64,000 nt of DNA from a virus. Below the pieces are notes generated by a model, which was not told the DNA's origin, did not search any database, and worked only from the letters and a program-made list of their open reading frames with translations. The stretch covers positions 1 through 64,000 of IMG/VR virus record IMGVR_UViG_3300042561_000572; one strand, 5' to 3'. Below, in pieces: positions 1 through 9,369 of this stretch. Each line of letters begins with the position of its first letter. The stretch's first letter is position 1. Made by a program: the position numbers and the translations under genes.

Positions 1-712
1 TTAAATTAAATTAAATTAAATTAAATTAAATTAAATTAAATTAAATTAAATTATTAAAAGTAATTATATTATTTATAAATAGTAATAAATAAAGACCTTA
101 ACATTACTCCTAAATAAAGATTGAAATGGAGTATGACAGATAGATTATTATTATTATTAATAGTATATATAGTTAATAATAATATTAATAAGAACTTATA
201 ACAACAATTAAATACAACATTAAAGAGTTTATAGAATATATAGACTAGTTTTACAATGTTTATAAAGCAGTTATATAGAATTATATAGCTGATTTTGCAG
301 TATATATTTAAATAAAAGACATATACCCCCAAAAAAGAGGAAAGAGTACTAACCTCCAAGTATTACTGTGTTATAACAATATATAGGGGAGATAAGTTAA
401 GTTATAAGTGTGTTTATATACTTATATATAAAGCCTGTCTAGGGCCAAAATAAAGGGTAATGTGTTGATGTTTTTAATACTGTCCTGTCCTGTTTAAATT
501 AAAAATTTAAAGTTAAGTTAAGTTATAAGTTATAAGTTAAGTTATAAGTTATAAGTTATAAGTTATAAGTTATAAGTTAAGTTATGTCCTGTCCTGTCCT
601 GTCTAAGTTAAAAATTTAAAGTTAAGTTATAAGGTATTATTTATCCTGTCTAAGTTAAAAAATAATAGTTTAACAATAAACTATTATTTTATTTTATTTT
701 ATTTTATTTTAT
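1..712. repeat. Low-complexity AT-rich region with short tandem repeats
   Basis: (TTAAA)x10 at 1-50; AAGTT/ATAAGTT runs at ~505-585; GTCCT repeats at ~481 and ~586; TTTTA run at ~686-715. Confidence 0.9.
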
Positions 713-1666
713 TTAAAATAGTAAGTTAGTACTAAAGAAGAGACTAGTAACAACTTTAACTCTAACAAACATAAACAGTCCAATTATAATTACAAGTTTA
801 GTTATAAGCATATAATCAATTAAGCTATAAGAAGCTATTAAAGTACCAACTACAAGGCCCAATTCTAAATTAGTTACATCTTTGATGTTATTAGTATATA
901 CAGGAGGCCATACTTTATCACCTTCATCTATATACTTTAAGTCCTCATTATAGAAATATGTGATTGTAATTATGGCTATAAATATAATTGCAGACATCCA
1001 ATTAGTAACAATCACAGTAGTAGTACCTCTAACACTATCATTAAAGAGTAAGTTTATAATACATAAGATATCAGCTAAACCATCCATCATATCTTTATTA
1101 TTACTAATAACATCTGATGGTGGACTTATAAATGCTGCCTCTAAAAAACCACCAACTACAGTAGTTAATATACCTTTATTATCATAACTTTCTTTACTAA
1201 CTTTAAACTTATTAGTAGTTAGTTTTAACACTCTACTACTAACATAGGAACATAGAATATTACCACTTATTATAAATGATATTGGATTTTCCATATCTTT
1301 ACATAAGTAACATATTATTATTCCTATAACAACACTAATTGGCCCATCTTGTTTGTAATTAAATGCATATACAGTGATAGTTATGACTAAACTAAAGACT
1401 ATAACTGGAGCACCAATCATCTTCATTATAAACATTATTGGTAGTAATGCTGGTATGAATATAAAACATATATAATAGTCTTTATTCTTTACTCTATTAA
1501 GACTATATAACACTAATGATAAGATTGGTGCCAATGGTAATAATACTAAAGTTGTCATACTACTTAACTTATTTAATTCTTTATAACAATACTTATTTAT
1601 AACAAAACCAAGTATTATTTGACTCATTATAAATGAGTAGGATAGAAATGGATTATTACTAAACAT
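713..1666 (-). CDS. Multi-pass membrane protein, function unknown
   Basis: 317-aa ORF with many hydrophobic segments. Confidence 0.7.
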   Translation of the reverse strand: MFSNNPFLSYSFIMSQIILGFVINKYCYKELNKLSSMTTLVLLPLAPILSLVLYSLNRVKNKDYYICFIFIPALLPIMFIMKMIGAPVIVFSLVITITVYAFNYKQDGPISVVIGIIICYLCKDMENPISFIISGNILCSYVSSRVLKLTTNKFKVSKESYDNKGILTTVVGGFLEAAFISPPSDVISNNKDMMDGLADILCIINLLFNDSVRGTTTVIVTNWMSAIIFIAIITITYFYNEDLKYIDEGDKVWPPVYTNNIKDVTNLELGLVVGTLIASYSLIDYMLITKLVIIIGLFMFVRVKVVTSLFFSTNLLF

Positions 1667-1699
1667 GTAATAGTTTTATACCTATTATTAATTATTTAT

Positions 1700-2167
1700 T
1701 TATCTAACAGCAACCCAATCACCAACAGAAACATTATTACCACCAACAACATCACCATTACTTAGTATTGCCAATCTAGTTCCAGCTCTAACTTTAATAT
1801 CAACTACTTGCAACATAGTATTACTACTAATTTCAGTTGCAGTATAAATAGTAATATTACTATTATCAAGTTTAAACTTATCACTATTATAAGACCAACC
1901 AACCTTTAATCTCTTATCATCACTAGTATAACAAGGGCCAACATATTGACCTTGTATTGGTTGTTCTATAATAAACTTACAATAATCAAAACCACTATTA
2001 CTTCTACCCATATCAACCACTTTAATAGTAGTTGAAGTATCTCTTATAACACCTTTACTTTCTCTAGTTAATATAGATTTACTAGGTTGATTAAGTAAAG
2101 GGGCAAGTATAATAGAAGTAATACATAAAAAGGGGATAAGAGGTGATACTTGTTTCTTATTACTCAT
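1700..2167 (-). CDS. Hypothetical protein with N-terminal signal/TM segment
   Basis: 155-aa ORF, hydrophobic LIPFLCITSIILAPLL near N-terminus. Confidence 0.7.
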   Translation of the reverse strand: MSNKKQVSPLIPFLCITSIILAPLLNQPSKSILTRESKGVIRDTSTTIKVVDMGRSNSGFDYCKFIIEQPIQGQYVGPCYTSDDKRLKVGWSYNSDKFKLDNSNITIYTATEISSNTMLQVVDIKVRAGTRLAILSNGDVVGGNNVSVGDWVAVR

Positions 2168-2203
2168 TATATTAATAAACTCTATTATGTTCTACATCTT
2201 TTA

Positions 2204-2274
2204 TAGCCCTATCTGGTACTGACCCAGAATAAACCCCTTATAAGGAGGCGGCTCTGCCATTGAGCTATAGGGCC
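2204..2274 (-). tRNA. tRNA-Ile(TAT) with non-canonical T loop
   Basis: Acceptor GGCCCTA/TAGGGCT; D arm GCTC..GAGC; anticodon loop CTTATAA; T arm TCTGG-GTCAGTA-CCAGA. Confidence 0.75.
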
Positions 2275-2462
2275 TTATATGTTATAACAATATTTATTAT
2301 ATATAACATATATGTTAGTTATTGTATATAACTAGTAATACATTACATTAGCACTTAATAAAAAGAGCCAAATACTTCTTACTAGTTATATACAGTTGTT
2401 ATAGGCTTGTTATTACACACTAATTAAGGATTGCTACTTTAAAGCATACCACCTATAAAGGG

Positions 2463-2584
2463 TTATATAACTATATGTAACACTTGTATTAACTCTAATG
2501 TAACTATTAATAATTAAAGGTTTAAACCTTATTAATTCAATAGTTACATTAGAGTTAATATAAGTGTTACATATAGTTATATAA
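2463..2584. repeat. Long near-perfect inverted repeat (46-bp arms)
   Basis: 2463-2508 is the reverse complement of 2539-2584 with one mismatch. Confidence 0.9.
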
Positions 2585-2589
2585 AGTCA

Positions 2590-2715
2590 TCACATCTTAC
2601 TAATCCAACTACCAACAACACATAATAATTGTATAGCTATACTTCTATCAAAAGGCCCAGCTATAATAACTTCTTGTGATAATAAATCATCACACCAATC
2701 CATTACATAATACAT
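2590..2715 (-). CDS. Small hypothetical protein (41 aa, MYYVMDWCDD...)
   Basis: Hand translation; AAACTT precedes ATG as in neighbouring genes. Confidence 0.4.
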   Translation of the reverse strand: MYYVMDWCDDLLSQEVIIAGPFDRSIAIQLLCVVGSWISKM

Positions 2716-2734
2716 AAGTTTATATCTTTATTAA

Positions 2735-3361
2735 TTAAAAGTTATTTAGATTCATAGACAGATCATAAGACCAATTCCAATATTTATTAAATACTTTCTT
2801 TAACTCTTGTTTAGCCATTTTAACAATATTAAAGTCAGTAACAAAGCTAATAGCTTCTAGAAAGATGGTCCAAGTTTTCTTATCATTCAGCTTAGCAATG
2901 AAACTAATAGTAAGACTAATGATGTTAGCTAAAAACCTATTATGACCAAAGACTTTTTTACCTCTCTTATTAAAAGGAGTAGCAATTCTTTTATTAGAAG
3001 GCTTTTCATAGAATGGAGTCTTAGAAGCCATGCTAACAACTTGATGATCAGCACAACTAAGATAGACTAGATTATCTGGTTCATTTGACATTGGGTTATT
3101 ATTAATATGATGTACTTCAATCTCACCATACTTAGCAGTAAAACCATTAGCAAGGGCTTTATATCCATAACTACAAAAGGCTACAACTTGATGGACCCCA
3201 ACAACCCAACCAGAATTAGTACAATGAAAATCAAAGAAGCCATTAGTATTTAAAAAGCTAAACAAGGCCTCTTTATTCTTCTTATAACATACAAGGTAGC
3301 CATCAACAGTTTGATGAGGCACACCAATTAATTCTTTTAAATCTTTTAATTCAATTAACAT
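2735..3361 (-). CDS. HNH endonuclease (free-standing, HNH_3-like)
   Basis: VHQVVA...EVHHINNNPMSNEPDNLVYLSCADH; start moved to ATG 3361 behind AAGGGA. Confidence 0.85.
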   Translation of the reverse strand: MLIELKDLKELIGVPHQTVDGYLVCYKKNKEALFSFLNTNGFFDFHCTNSGWVVGVHQVVAFCSYGYKALANGFTAKYGEIEVHHINNNPMSNEPDNLVYLSCADHQVVSMASKTPFYEKPSNKRIATPFNKRGKKVFGHNRFLANIISLTISFIAKLNDKKTWTIFLEAISFVTDFNIVKMAKQELKKVFNKYWNWSYDLSMNLNNF

Positions 3362-3411
3362 AATAATTCCCTTTTGATTAGAGTAAATAATAATAAATAA
3401 AAACAGCAAAG

Positions 3412-3723
3412 CTAGGCTTCCTTACAAAACCTAGTGTGTTCTAGTTACCAACTAGACTCTTCCCAACATAAAAATAATAACTAGGTGTTTTAAGTCTAAT
3501 TATTATTTTTAATATTGAGTCAAAAGGGGCGTTAATGCTAGAGCTCACTCTAGTCAGGCATAGGGTAAAAACTCATTTATAATCCCTATTTAGGTTCAAG
3601 GTCTTACACTAAAATGCCTATCCTCCTGTGGAGTGCCAACTACCAATTACACTGTTGCAGCTTATTTACAACCTAAGTTATATCATCTACTTCAATCAAT
3701 GGACAAATCCGCTATACCTCTTT
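3412..3723 (-). ncRNA. Candidate structured RNA upstream of the HNH gene
   Basis: ORF-free; many stems whose wobbles are G-U on the minus strand. Confidence 0.5.
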
Positions 3724-3863
3724 AACACATAGAGTTAATTAAATAATCTCACTACCTCTTCAGGGGGAAACATTTACTTAATTAACTCTATATATACTAT
3801 AGCAGACATTTAACACAAATGACAACTTATTTAATATTGTTACATTTGTGATATTTATATTAA

Positions 3864-3938
3864 CCCCTCAACTTGGGTATGATCCAAGAAGTCTTTCCTT
3901 TAGAAGAGGAAGATTTTATCCAGTTAAACTATTGAGGG
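3864..3938 (-). tRNA. tRNA-Arg(TCT)
   Basis: Acceptor CCCTCAA/TTGAGGG; anticodon arm TTCCT-CTTCTAA-AGGAA; T arm CTTGG-ATCATAC-CCAAG. Confidence 0.85.
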
Positions 3939-4022
3939 AAATAAGGTAATCTATTTAAGATTATAGGGTAAATATACACATTGTATAAAGCTATTTATAT
4001 AGCATAGCTCTCTAATTAAGTA

Positions 4023-4211
4023 TTAACTATAAGCCTTTTTAAACTTATTGTCAACTCTCTCTTTAGAGTCTTGTAAGTCCTGTTGAATCTCCATCTTAAA
4101 CTCCTTATAAGAGTTAAGTTCACTATCAATATGAGCTAGAACAATCCTTGCTTGTTGTTCCAGATAGTCATTATCAACAACAACACCATTAACTTTAAGA
4201 ATAGAAGACAT
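4023..4211 (-). CDS. Hypothetical protein
   Basis: 62-aa ORF, purine-rich RBS-like leader. Confidence 0.65.
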   Translation of the reverse strand: MSSILKVNGVVVDNDYLEQQARIVLAHIDSELNSYKEFKMEIQQDLQDSKERVDNKFKKAYS

Positions 4212-4378
4212 ATGTTTCTCTCTCTCTTTACAATATAAATAAAATAAACTAAAAAAGGTAATTGGCGGCTTACAAATGTTCTCAAGTCACAACCAACAAG
4301 ACTCAACAATTATACCTTTATTAAAACTTATATATTAGCCGCCACTAATAGTTTTAATAGAATATAAAAGAGAGTCAA

Positions 4379-4452
4379 TAATGCTAGTGGGATTCGGACC
4401 CACACTGTACAGATTTTAAGTCTGTTGCCTCCTACCGTTGGGCTATAGCATC
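4379..4452 (-). tRNA. tRNA-Leu(TAA) with short variable loop
   Basis: Acceptor GATGCTA/TAGCATT; anticodon arm ACAGA-CTTAAAA-TCTGT; T arm GTGGG-TCCGAAT-CCCAC. Confidence 0.9.
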
Positions 4453-4611
4453 AAAATAAATATATATTACACATATAACAAGTTAAGTGAACTCTCACAA
4501 ACTCTTAACTTATTATAATGTGTAACATATATAAGAGATAACCCTAACATCAGGGCATTACATCCCTTTTAACTATATAGTATTTACTACTATACAGTTA
4601 GAAGAGGTGTT

Positions 4612-4908
4612 TTAAATAAATGCATAATTACTTGCTAAGAGGGCCTCATCACCAGTTACAACCCAATGCATAGCATCAGCTAATAACTCAGGTGTAATAG
4701 CATATTCATCAAGTACAGTCCTTTCATTTGGCTCACCAACATTATCAATTAATAACAAGTAGGTTCTTGTATAATCAGCACCAACTGCTTGTAAATTATT
4801 ATCACCAGCTAGTGACAACAATCTATTATCAACTTTAACCTGTAAAGGATGGGCATTAAAAGGAATACAACTATATTTAAACTCTACATCGCTAATTAGA
4901 TTACTCAT
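4612..4908 (-). CDS. Hypothetical protein
   Basis: ORF; probable start MSNLIS. Confidence 0.65.
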   Translation of the reverse strand: MSNLISDVEFKYSCIPFNAHPLQVKVDNRLLSLAGDNNLQAVGADYTRTYLLLIDNVGEPNERTVLDEYAITPELLADAMHWVVTGDEALLASNYAFI

Positions 4909-4912
4909 TGTT

Positions 4913-5173
4913 TTAAGGTCCGTTATAATAAATAACTTGAGCTTCCTCATTATCTTTAAGTTCAAATACTTTAGCTAAATTAATAGCTTTAACAAATGTA
5001 TCTATAGCGTAATCCATAAGAAATGAATCATCACAAAAAGTAGAAGTTGATAGATTAATTAAATGTCTACTTAAGACATTTAAACAACTTTCATTAGATT
5101 CTGCAATTACAGTTGCAATAATAGGAATCTCAAGGCCTAATTTTGTTCTATAGTTAATACAATATAATTTCAT
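4913..5173 (-). CDS. Hypothetical protein
   Basis: 86-aa ORF. Confidence 0.65.
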   Translation of the reverse strand: MKLYCINYRTKLGLEIPIIATVIAESNESCLNVLSRHLINLSTSTFCDDSFLMDYAIDTFVKAINLAKVFELKDNEEAQVIYYNGP

Positions 5174-5201
5174 TGTTATACCAATATAGTTTTATTTGAA
5201 A

Positions 5202-5295
5202 TAGCCCCACTCAGAGTTGAACTGAGATTGCTCCCTAATCTGGGGACACATATGCTGCGTATAAAGCAGGTGTTTTACCATTAAACTATAGGGCC
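5202..5295 (-). tRNA. tRNA-Ile(TAT)-like with enlarged variable arm (94 nt)
   Basis: Acceptor GGCCCTA/TGGGGCT; D arm GTTT..AAAC; anticodon arm CTGC-TTTATAC-GCAG; T arm CTCAG-TTCAACT-CTGAG. Confidence 0.75.
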
Positions 5296-5354
5296 ATGTT
5301 ATCTACTTTTATTATAAGGTGTAGATAAAACCTTTTCTTTTAAACAAACATTAT

Positions 5355-5696
5355 TTAGTTTTTTTGTTCCAAGTTATAACAATATTCTATAAGATATCTA
5401 AAATCTTCAGTTGATTGTTTAATAGTATTAATAGTAGTTTCTTTACCTTTATCAGCTATCATCAAATCAATTGCTGCTTTGATAATCTCATCTGTTATTT
5501 TGACAATCTCGGTACCTTCTCCGTCAACTATCCACTTCCTCATATATGTTGGAAGTGTTTTAAGATATACACTTTCCTCTTGTAATGATGCAGATAAAGA
5601 CTTATTACCTTTATAATAAAGAGCCTTCCATCTGCACCAAGATAGTAGATTCATTTGTATAACATTATTATCATTTTGACTATTATTGCTTGTCAT
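5355..5696 (-). CDS. Hypothetical protein
   Basis: 113-aa ORF. Confidence 0.65.
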   Translation of the reverse strand: MTSNNSQNDNNVIQMNLLSWCRWKALYYKGNKSLSASLQEESVYLKTLPTYMRKWIVDGEGTEIVKITDEIIKAAIDLMIADKGKETTINTIKQSTEDFRYLIEYCYNLEQKN

Positions 5697-5792
5697 TTGT
5701 TCTTGTTTGTATAAGTGTTTATAACTTAAAATACAAACTTAAAGACACAACTTATTTCAAATGTTTATAATACACAAATGAATCTCAACTTA

Positions 5793-6347
5793 TTAACCAA
5801 AGAAGTTCTTAGCAACTGCTTTAGCGTTGGCAGCAGTAGTAGCAAGCCAAGTATCAGTACCACCTTTAGTAGTAACTGCAACATTACCAGTATTGCCAAG
5901 ATTAATATTCTTAGCAAGTCTAGCTTGTTCCCTTGTCAACTTCTTATTAGCTTCAGGGAAAGCCATAACAGATGAGTTGAGACCAGTAGATTCCATCAAA
6001 GCAATAGCAGTTTGTTCAGGCAACCATTGATAGTTAGAACCATTACTCAACTTAAAGTAGTAGCCCAAGTCTTGAGCCTTGCTACCATCAATGACAGCAC
6101 CAGCTTGAAACTCTTGCAACAAAGCTTCATCTTGACCATAAGGGGCAAAGATTTGAATGGTGCCAACACTTTCATCTTGAATGGCTGACTCAAGGATTAC
6201 CTTAGCCCTTTTACCATCAGTGGTTCTACCATGTGAGATGGTGAATACACTTGTAGGAAATGTATAAACATTCAAGGTGCCAGTTGCATTAGCAGCATTA
6301 CCAAGAGCAGAAGAAACAATAGAAGCAGACTTAGTTAGCTTAGACAT
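5793..6347 (-). CDS. Hypothetical protein (N-terminal LTKSAS motif)
   Basis: 184-aa ORF with phage-typical codon use. Confidence 0.8.
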   Translation of the reverse strand: MSKLTKSASIVSSALGNAANATGTLNVYTFPTSVFTISHGRTTDGKRAKVILESAIQDESVGTIQIFAPYGQDEALLQEFQAGAVIDGSKAQDLGYYFKLSNGSNYQWLPEQTAIALMESTGLNSSVMAFPEANKKLTREQARLAKNINLGNTGNVAVTTKGGTDTWLATTAANAKAVAKNFFG

Positions 6348-6511
6348 GATTTTAGTTTCCAGATTAATTAGATAATTTGTTAGTTAGATGTATCATCTTA
6401 TTCAGACAATAGCTGCAAATTAGAGTGCAGCAGGTGATGTTGTTAGTAGTATACCAACAACAATCATTGCAACAATCTACAATTTATTCATCATTAAAAG
6501 AAGTGTTTTAG

Positions 6512-6832
6512 TTAAATTAAAGTAACTTCTCCCTTGTTACAGGGCAGTATTAACTGATTAATTTTAGAATATAATTCCTCTTTATTCTTTTTATAAAGTA
6601 GATTGTTATGTGATCCTGGAGGACCATCATTTCTAATAAAAGAATAATTTTTAATCATATAATCTAATATAGATTGTACAGCTTCATCTTCATTAGTAGC
6701 TTGAGTAATAAGAATATTCTCATTTGTAATAGCTACTTCTAAACCATACATCTTATTACCAACTACAATATAGATACTAGTATTTGGTGTAGTATTTGAA
6801 GATTGTAAAATAGTCATTGTTTTATTCTCCAA
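6512..6832 (-). CDS. Hypothetical protein
   Basis: 106-aa ORF (probable start MTILQ). Confidence 0.6.
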   Translation of the reverse strand: MENKTMTILQSSNTTPNTSIYIVVGNKMYGLEVAITNENILITQATNEDEAVQSILDYMIKNYSFIRNDGPPGSHNNLLYKKNKEELYSKINQLILPCNKGEVTLI

Positions 6833-7181
6833 TTTAATGATTTTAGATTTATTTTAGCTATGTTTAGAAATGTTAAGGGGCATAATAAAACCTAATTAAT
6901 TTCTAATTAAGAGTTAAATTAATTTCTTATTGGTACTGGAGCGCTAGCGGAGTAATTCTCTCAAAGTAGGAAAGGGTTAGGAAGGAGGCAGGTGGTAGAA
7001 GGGAGGAAGGAGGAAAGACAAGGAGAGAAGAGTAGTATAGGTGACTATTCACAAAGGCTACAACCCTTTCACCATATACATTACAAGGCCAAAACAAGGT
7101 GATCAAATACCCGACAAATTTCATACTTGTTACAACCAATTTAATTAGTAATAACTAGTGATATGTAGATACATTATGTGC

Positions 7182-7227
7182 ACATATATATAAATGTATT
7201 GACATATATTTAAATGTGAGGTAATAT
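7182..7227 (+). promoter_or_regulatory. Sigma70-type promoter overlapped by a duplicated operator-like site
   Basis: TTGACA(7199)-17 bp-TAATAT(7222); ACATATATWTAAATGT at 7182 and 7202. Confidence 0.75.
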
Positions 7228-7258
7228 AAAAAGTATAAATAAGATTTCAGGAAATACA

Positions 7259-7462
7259 ATGGTTAAGCTAGAGATAAATGATTCATACTGCCATTTTAGA
7301 GCGCCTAGAGAGTTATTAGAAGTACTTAAGGCAACAGGTGCTCCAAATACATATGCAAGAGAAGTATTAATGAAACACTTCAAATTAGATATAGAAGCTA
7401 TTAAAGCAACTAGAAGACAAGAAATGATTGAGCAGCTACAACAACTACAAGAAGCTAACTAA
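7259..7462 (+). CDS. Small putative DNA-binding regulator (RHH/CopG-like)
   Basis: 67 aa; strand-helix-helix pattern HFRAPRELLEVL..YAREVLMKHF; directly behind promoter. Confidence 0.5.
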   Translation: MVKLEINDSYCHFRAPRELLEVLKATGAPNTYAREVLMKHFKLDIEAIKATRRQEMIEQLQQLQEAN

Positions 7463-7463
7463 T

Positions 7464-8966
7464 ATGTCAAAAGCATACCTAATAGACTTCTATAAAGTTA
7501 ACAAAGCACAATTAGATCTAATTAATGATTTAGATTTGTCCAAAGATTCAAGAACATTCTTATGTCATACGTTAGTTAGCAATCTAATTAAATGGGGTGA
7601 AAAAGCCCCAATTGGTTGTGAATTAATTCAAGCAAAAATACCTCAAGCAAAGTGGAAATCATTAGTTGATAGAGGTCTAATAGAAGCAACTGATTACTCT
7701 TACACAGAACATAAGTCAAGAGAGTTTACAGTTAACTTAGAACTAATAGATCTTTTCTTAGAAGCTGGTAAACTGCCATTAGCAGAAGATATAGAAGCCA
7801 CCAAGTATAATTTATTCACTGGTAAAGTTGTTAATACAAAACAAGTAAGTAGTTTTAAATTACCTAATGACACTCATCAAGCACCACAATTAGTAAAAGA
7901 TGCAATAAACTCTATACCTTATTGTCTAATTAGATTAGAGTCTTTAGAAGTCTACATTAAAAAACAAGAAGCATTATACATTCAAGCCAAAGAAGATTAC
8001 TTCACAAACTCAACCATCACTAAGGATCAATTCAACACTATTAGAGGTCAATATTATAGCTCTGAAACTGCTTATAATTTAGTAGTTGCTCAAAAGCCAA
8101 TAAAGATTGAAGATGATTTATATAGTTATGTTCCTGCCTATCAAGTACAAATGAGTGGTAGAATATGTCAAGTATTTGGAGCAATGACTAATGCTTGTAG
8201 AGAGATGAAAGAAATAGCTTATAAAGACATTAAAGACTTACACAACTATGATTTACAAGCCAGTCAGGTTAATGGTCTTATACAGCAATTTGAAGCTGCT
8301 GAGATTGATACTACCTGGCTAGAAGCATACAAAGCAAACCCTAATTCTAAGTATGAGTATGCAACCCTTGTTGGAGTAAGTGTTGATTGTTGGAAGCAAC
8401 TATTAATTGGCACTATTATGGGTTCCTCATTACCAACCGACCTTAAAAAAGCACAAGCTAAATTAGACAAAGAAGGTGGTCCCTTAGCAGCAGTATTAGC
8501 TACACTAAACAAAGAGTTTTTAGGTGACATTGATAAAGTTATCTCTGCATTAAAAGCTTATGCTGAAGCTATTAAACCCCTCAAAGAATCACTTGATAAG
8601 TGGCACAACTATTTAGTTACAACCCACATCCTATTAAATAGTTTTAAAGTTGGTGCCAAGGGTCACAGATATATTACAAATCCAACTGGAATGAGAATAA
8701 ATGTAACTGAGTTGCTAGGTAATAACACTAACAAGGACATATGGAAAGCAAAAGCTACCTTAGCTCATTTTATTTTAGCAGGTCAAGAGAGTGCATTTAT
8801 CCATCATCTAAGTGTACTTGGTAAAGTAAAAGAAGAGTTTGTAACATTAGGTTCAGAGTATGATGGACTCATTACACTGCATAAAGTATTAGAACCAACA
8901 ATCAAACAAGCAGGATTAACATCAGGCTTAAAAAATCCAATCCTAGTAGAAAAACCATTTAACTAA
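7464..8966 (+). CDS. Divergent family-A-like (T7/PolA palm) polymerase-related protein
   Basis: SGR, YDLQASQ (motif A-like), AGQES, SEYDGL (motif C-like); start at MSKAY. Confidence 0.6.
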   Translation: MSKAYLIDFYKVNKAQLDLINDLDLSKDSRTFLCHTLVSNLIKWGEKAPIGCELIQAKIPQAKWKSLVDRGLIEATDYSYTEHKSREFTVNLELIDLFLEAGKLPLAEDIEATKYNLFTGKVVNTKQVSSFKLPNDTHQAPQLVKDAINSIPYCLIRLESLEVYIKKQEALYIQAKEDYFTNSTITKDQFNTIRGQYYSSETAYNLVVAQKPIKIEDDLYSYVPAYQVQMSGRICQVFGAMTNACREMKEIAYKDIKDLHNYDLQASQVNGLIQQFEAAEIDTTWLEAYKANPNSKYEYATLVGVSVDCWKQLLIGTIMGSSLPTDLKKAQAKLDKEGGPLAAVLATLNKEFLGDIDKVISALKAYAEAIKPLKESLDKWHNYLVTTHILLNSFKVGAKGHRYITNPTGMRINVTELLGNNTNKDIWKAKATLAHFILAGQESAFIHHLSVLGKVKEEFVTLGSEYDGLITLHKVLEPTIKQAGLTSGLKNPILVEKPFN

Positions 8967-8979
8967 TTAATATAAAACA

Positions 8980-9369
8980 ATGAAAGCACCCACATTAAAA
9001 AGAATAGAAATACCTTCAGACTTTCATAGATCACTAACCAATCTAAGTATTAGACAACACCTAAAATTTAGTGAAGTATTAATAGATGCAATAGATCGTG
9101 GAATATATTATTCAATTAATATTGAAACAACTTCTCCAGTAAATAAAGTAAAAGGAGTAAATATACCTATTGAATCCTATCAAAAACTTGTTGATATAAG
9201 TAAAAAGCAGAACATAAACATTATTGATGTGATAGTTTCTGTTATAGAATTTGGTATTCAAGACCTAGAAGAAGAAGAGTGGTCTGAATCTCCTTTAGGT
9301 ATAGCCTTTGAAAGAGAAATAATGGAGGAAATAGATAGAATGGTTTATTGTGGTTATGGTAGAGATTAA
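8980..9369 (+). CDS. Putative DNA-binding protein with two RHH-like repeats
   Basis: KRIEIPSDFHRSL..EVLIDAIDRGI and KGVNIPIESYQKL..DVIVSVIEFGI. Confidence 0.55.
   Translation: MKAPTLKRIEIPSDFHRSLTNLSIRQHLKFSEVLIDAIDRGIYYSINIETTSPVNKVKGVNIPIESYQKLVDISKKQNINIIDVIVSVIEFGIQDLEEEEWSESPLGIAFEREIMEEIDRMVYCGYGRD

Noticed and set aside
69-359. 96-aa minus-strand ORF
   Set aside because: Low-complexity AT-rich translation with non-ATG start; likely spurious
505-660. Repeats as a possible CRISPR array
   Set aside because: Short tandem units without unique spacers; no cas genes in the window
2735-3723. IscB/HEARO element or group I intron
   Set aside because: No PLMP or RuvC motifs, no interrupted host gene and no recognisable P7 core; kept only as an analogy
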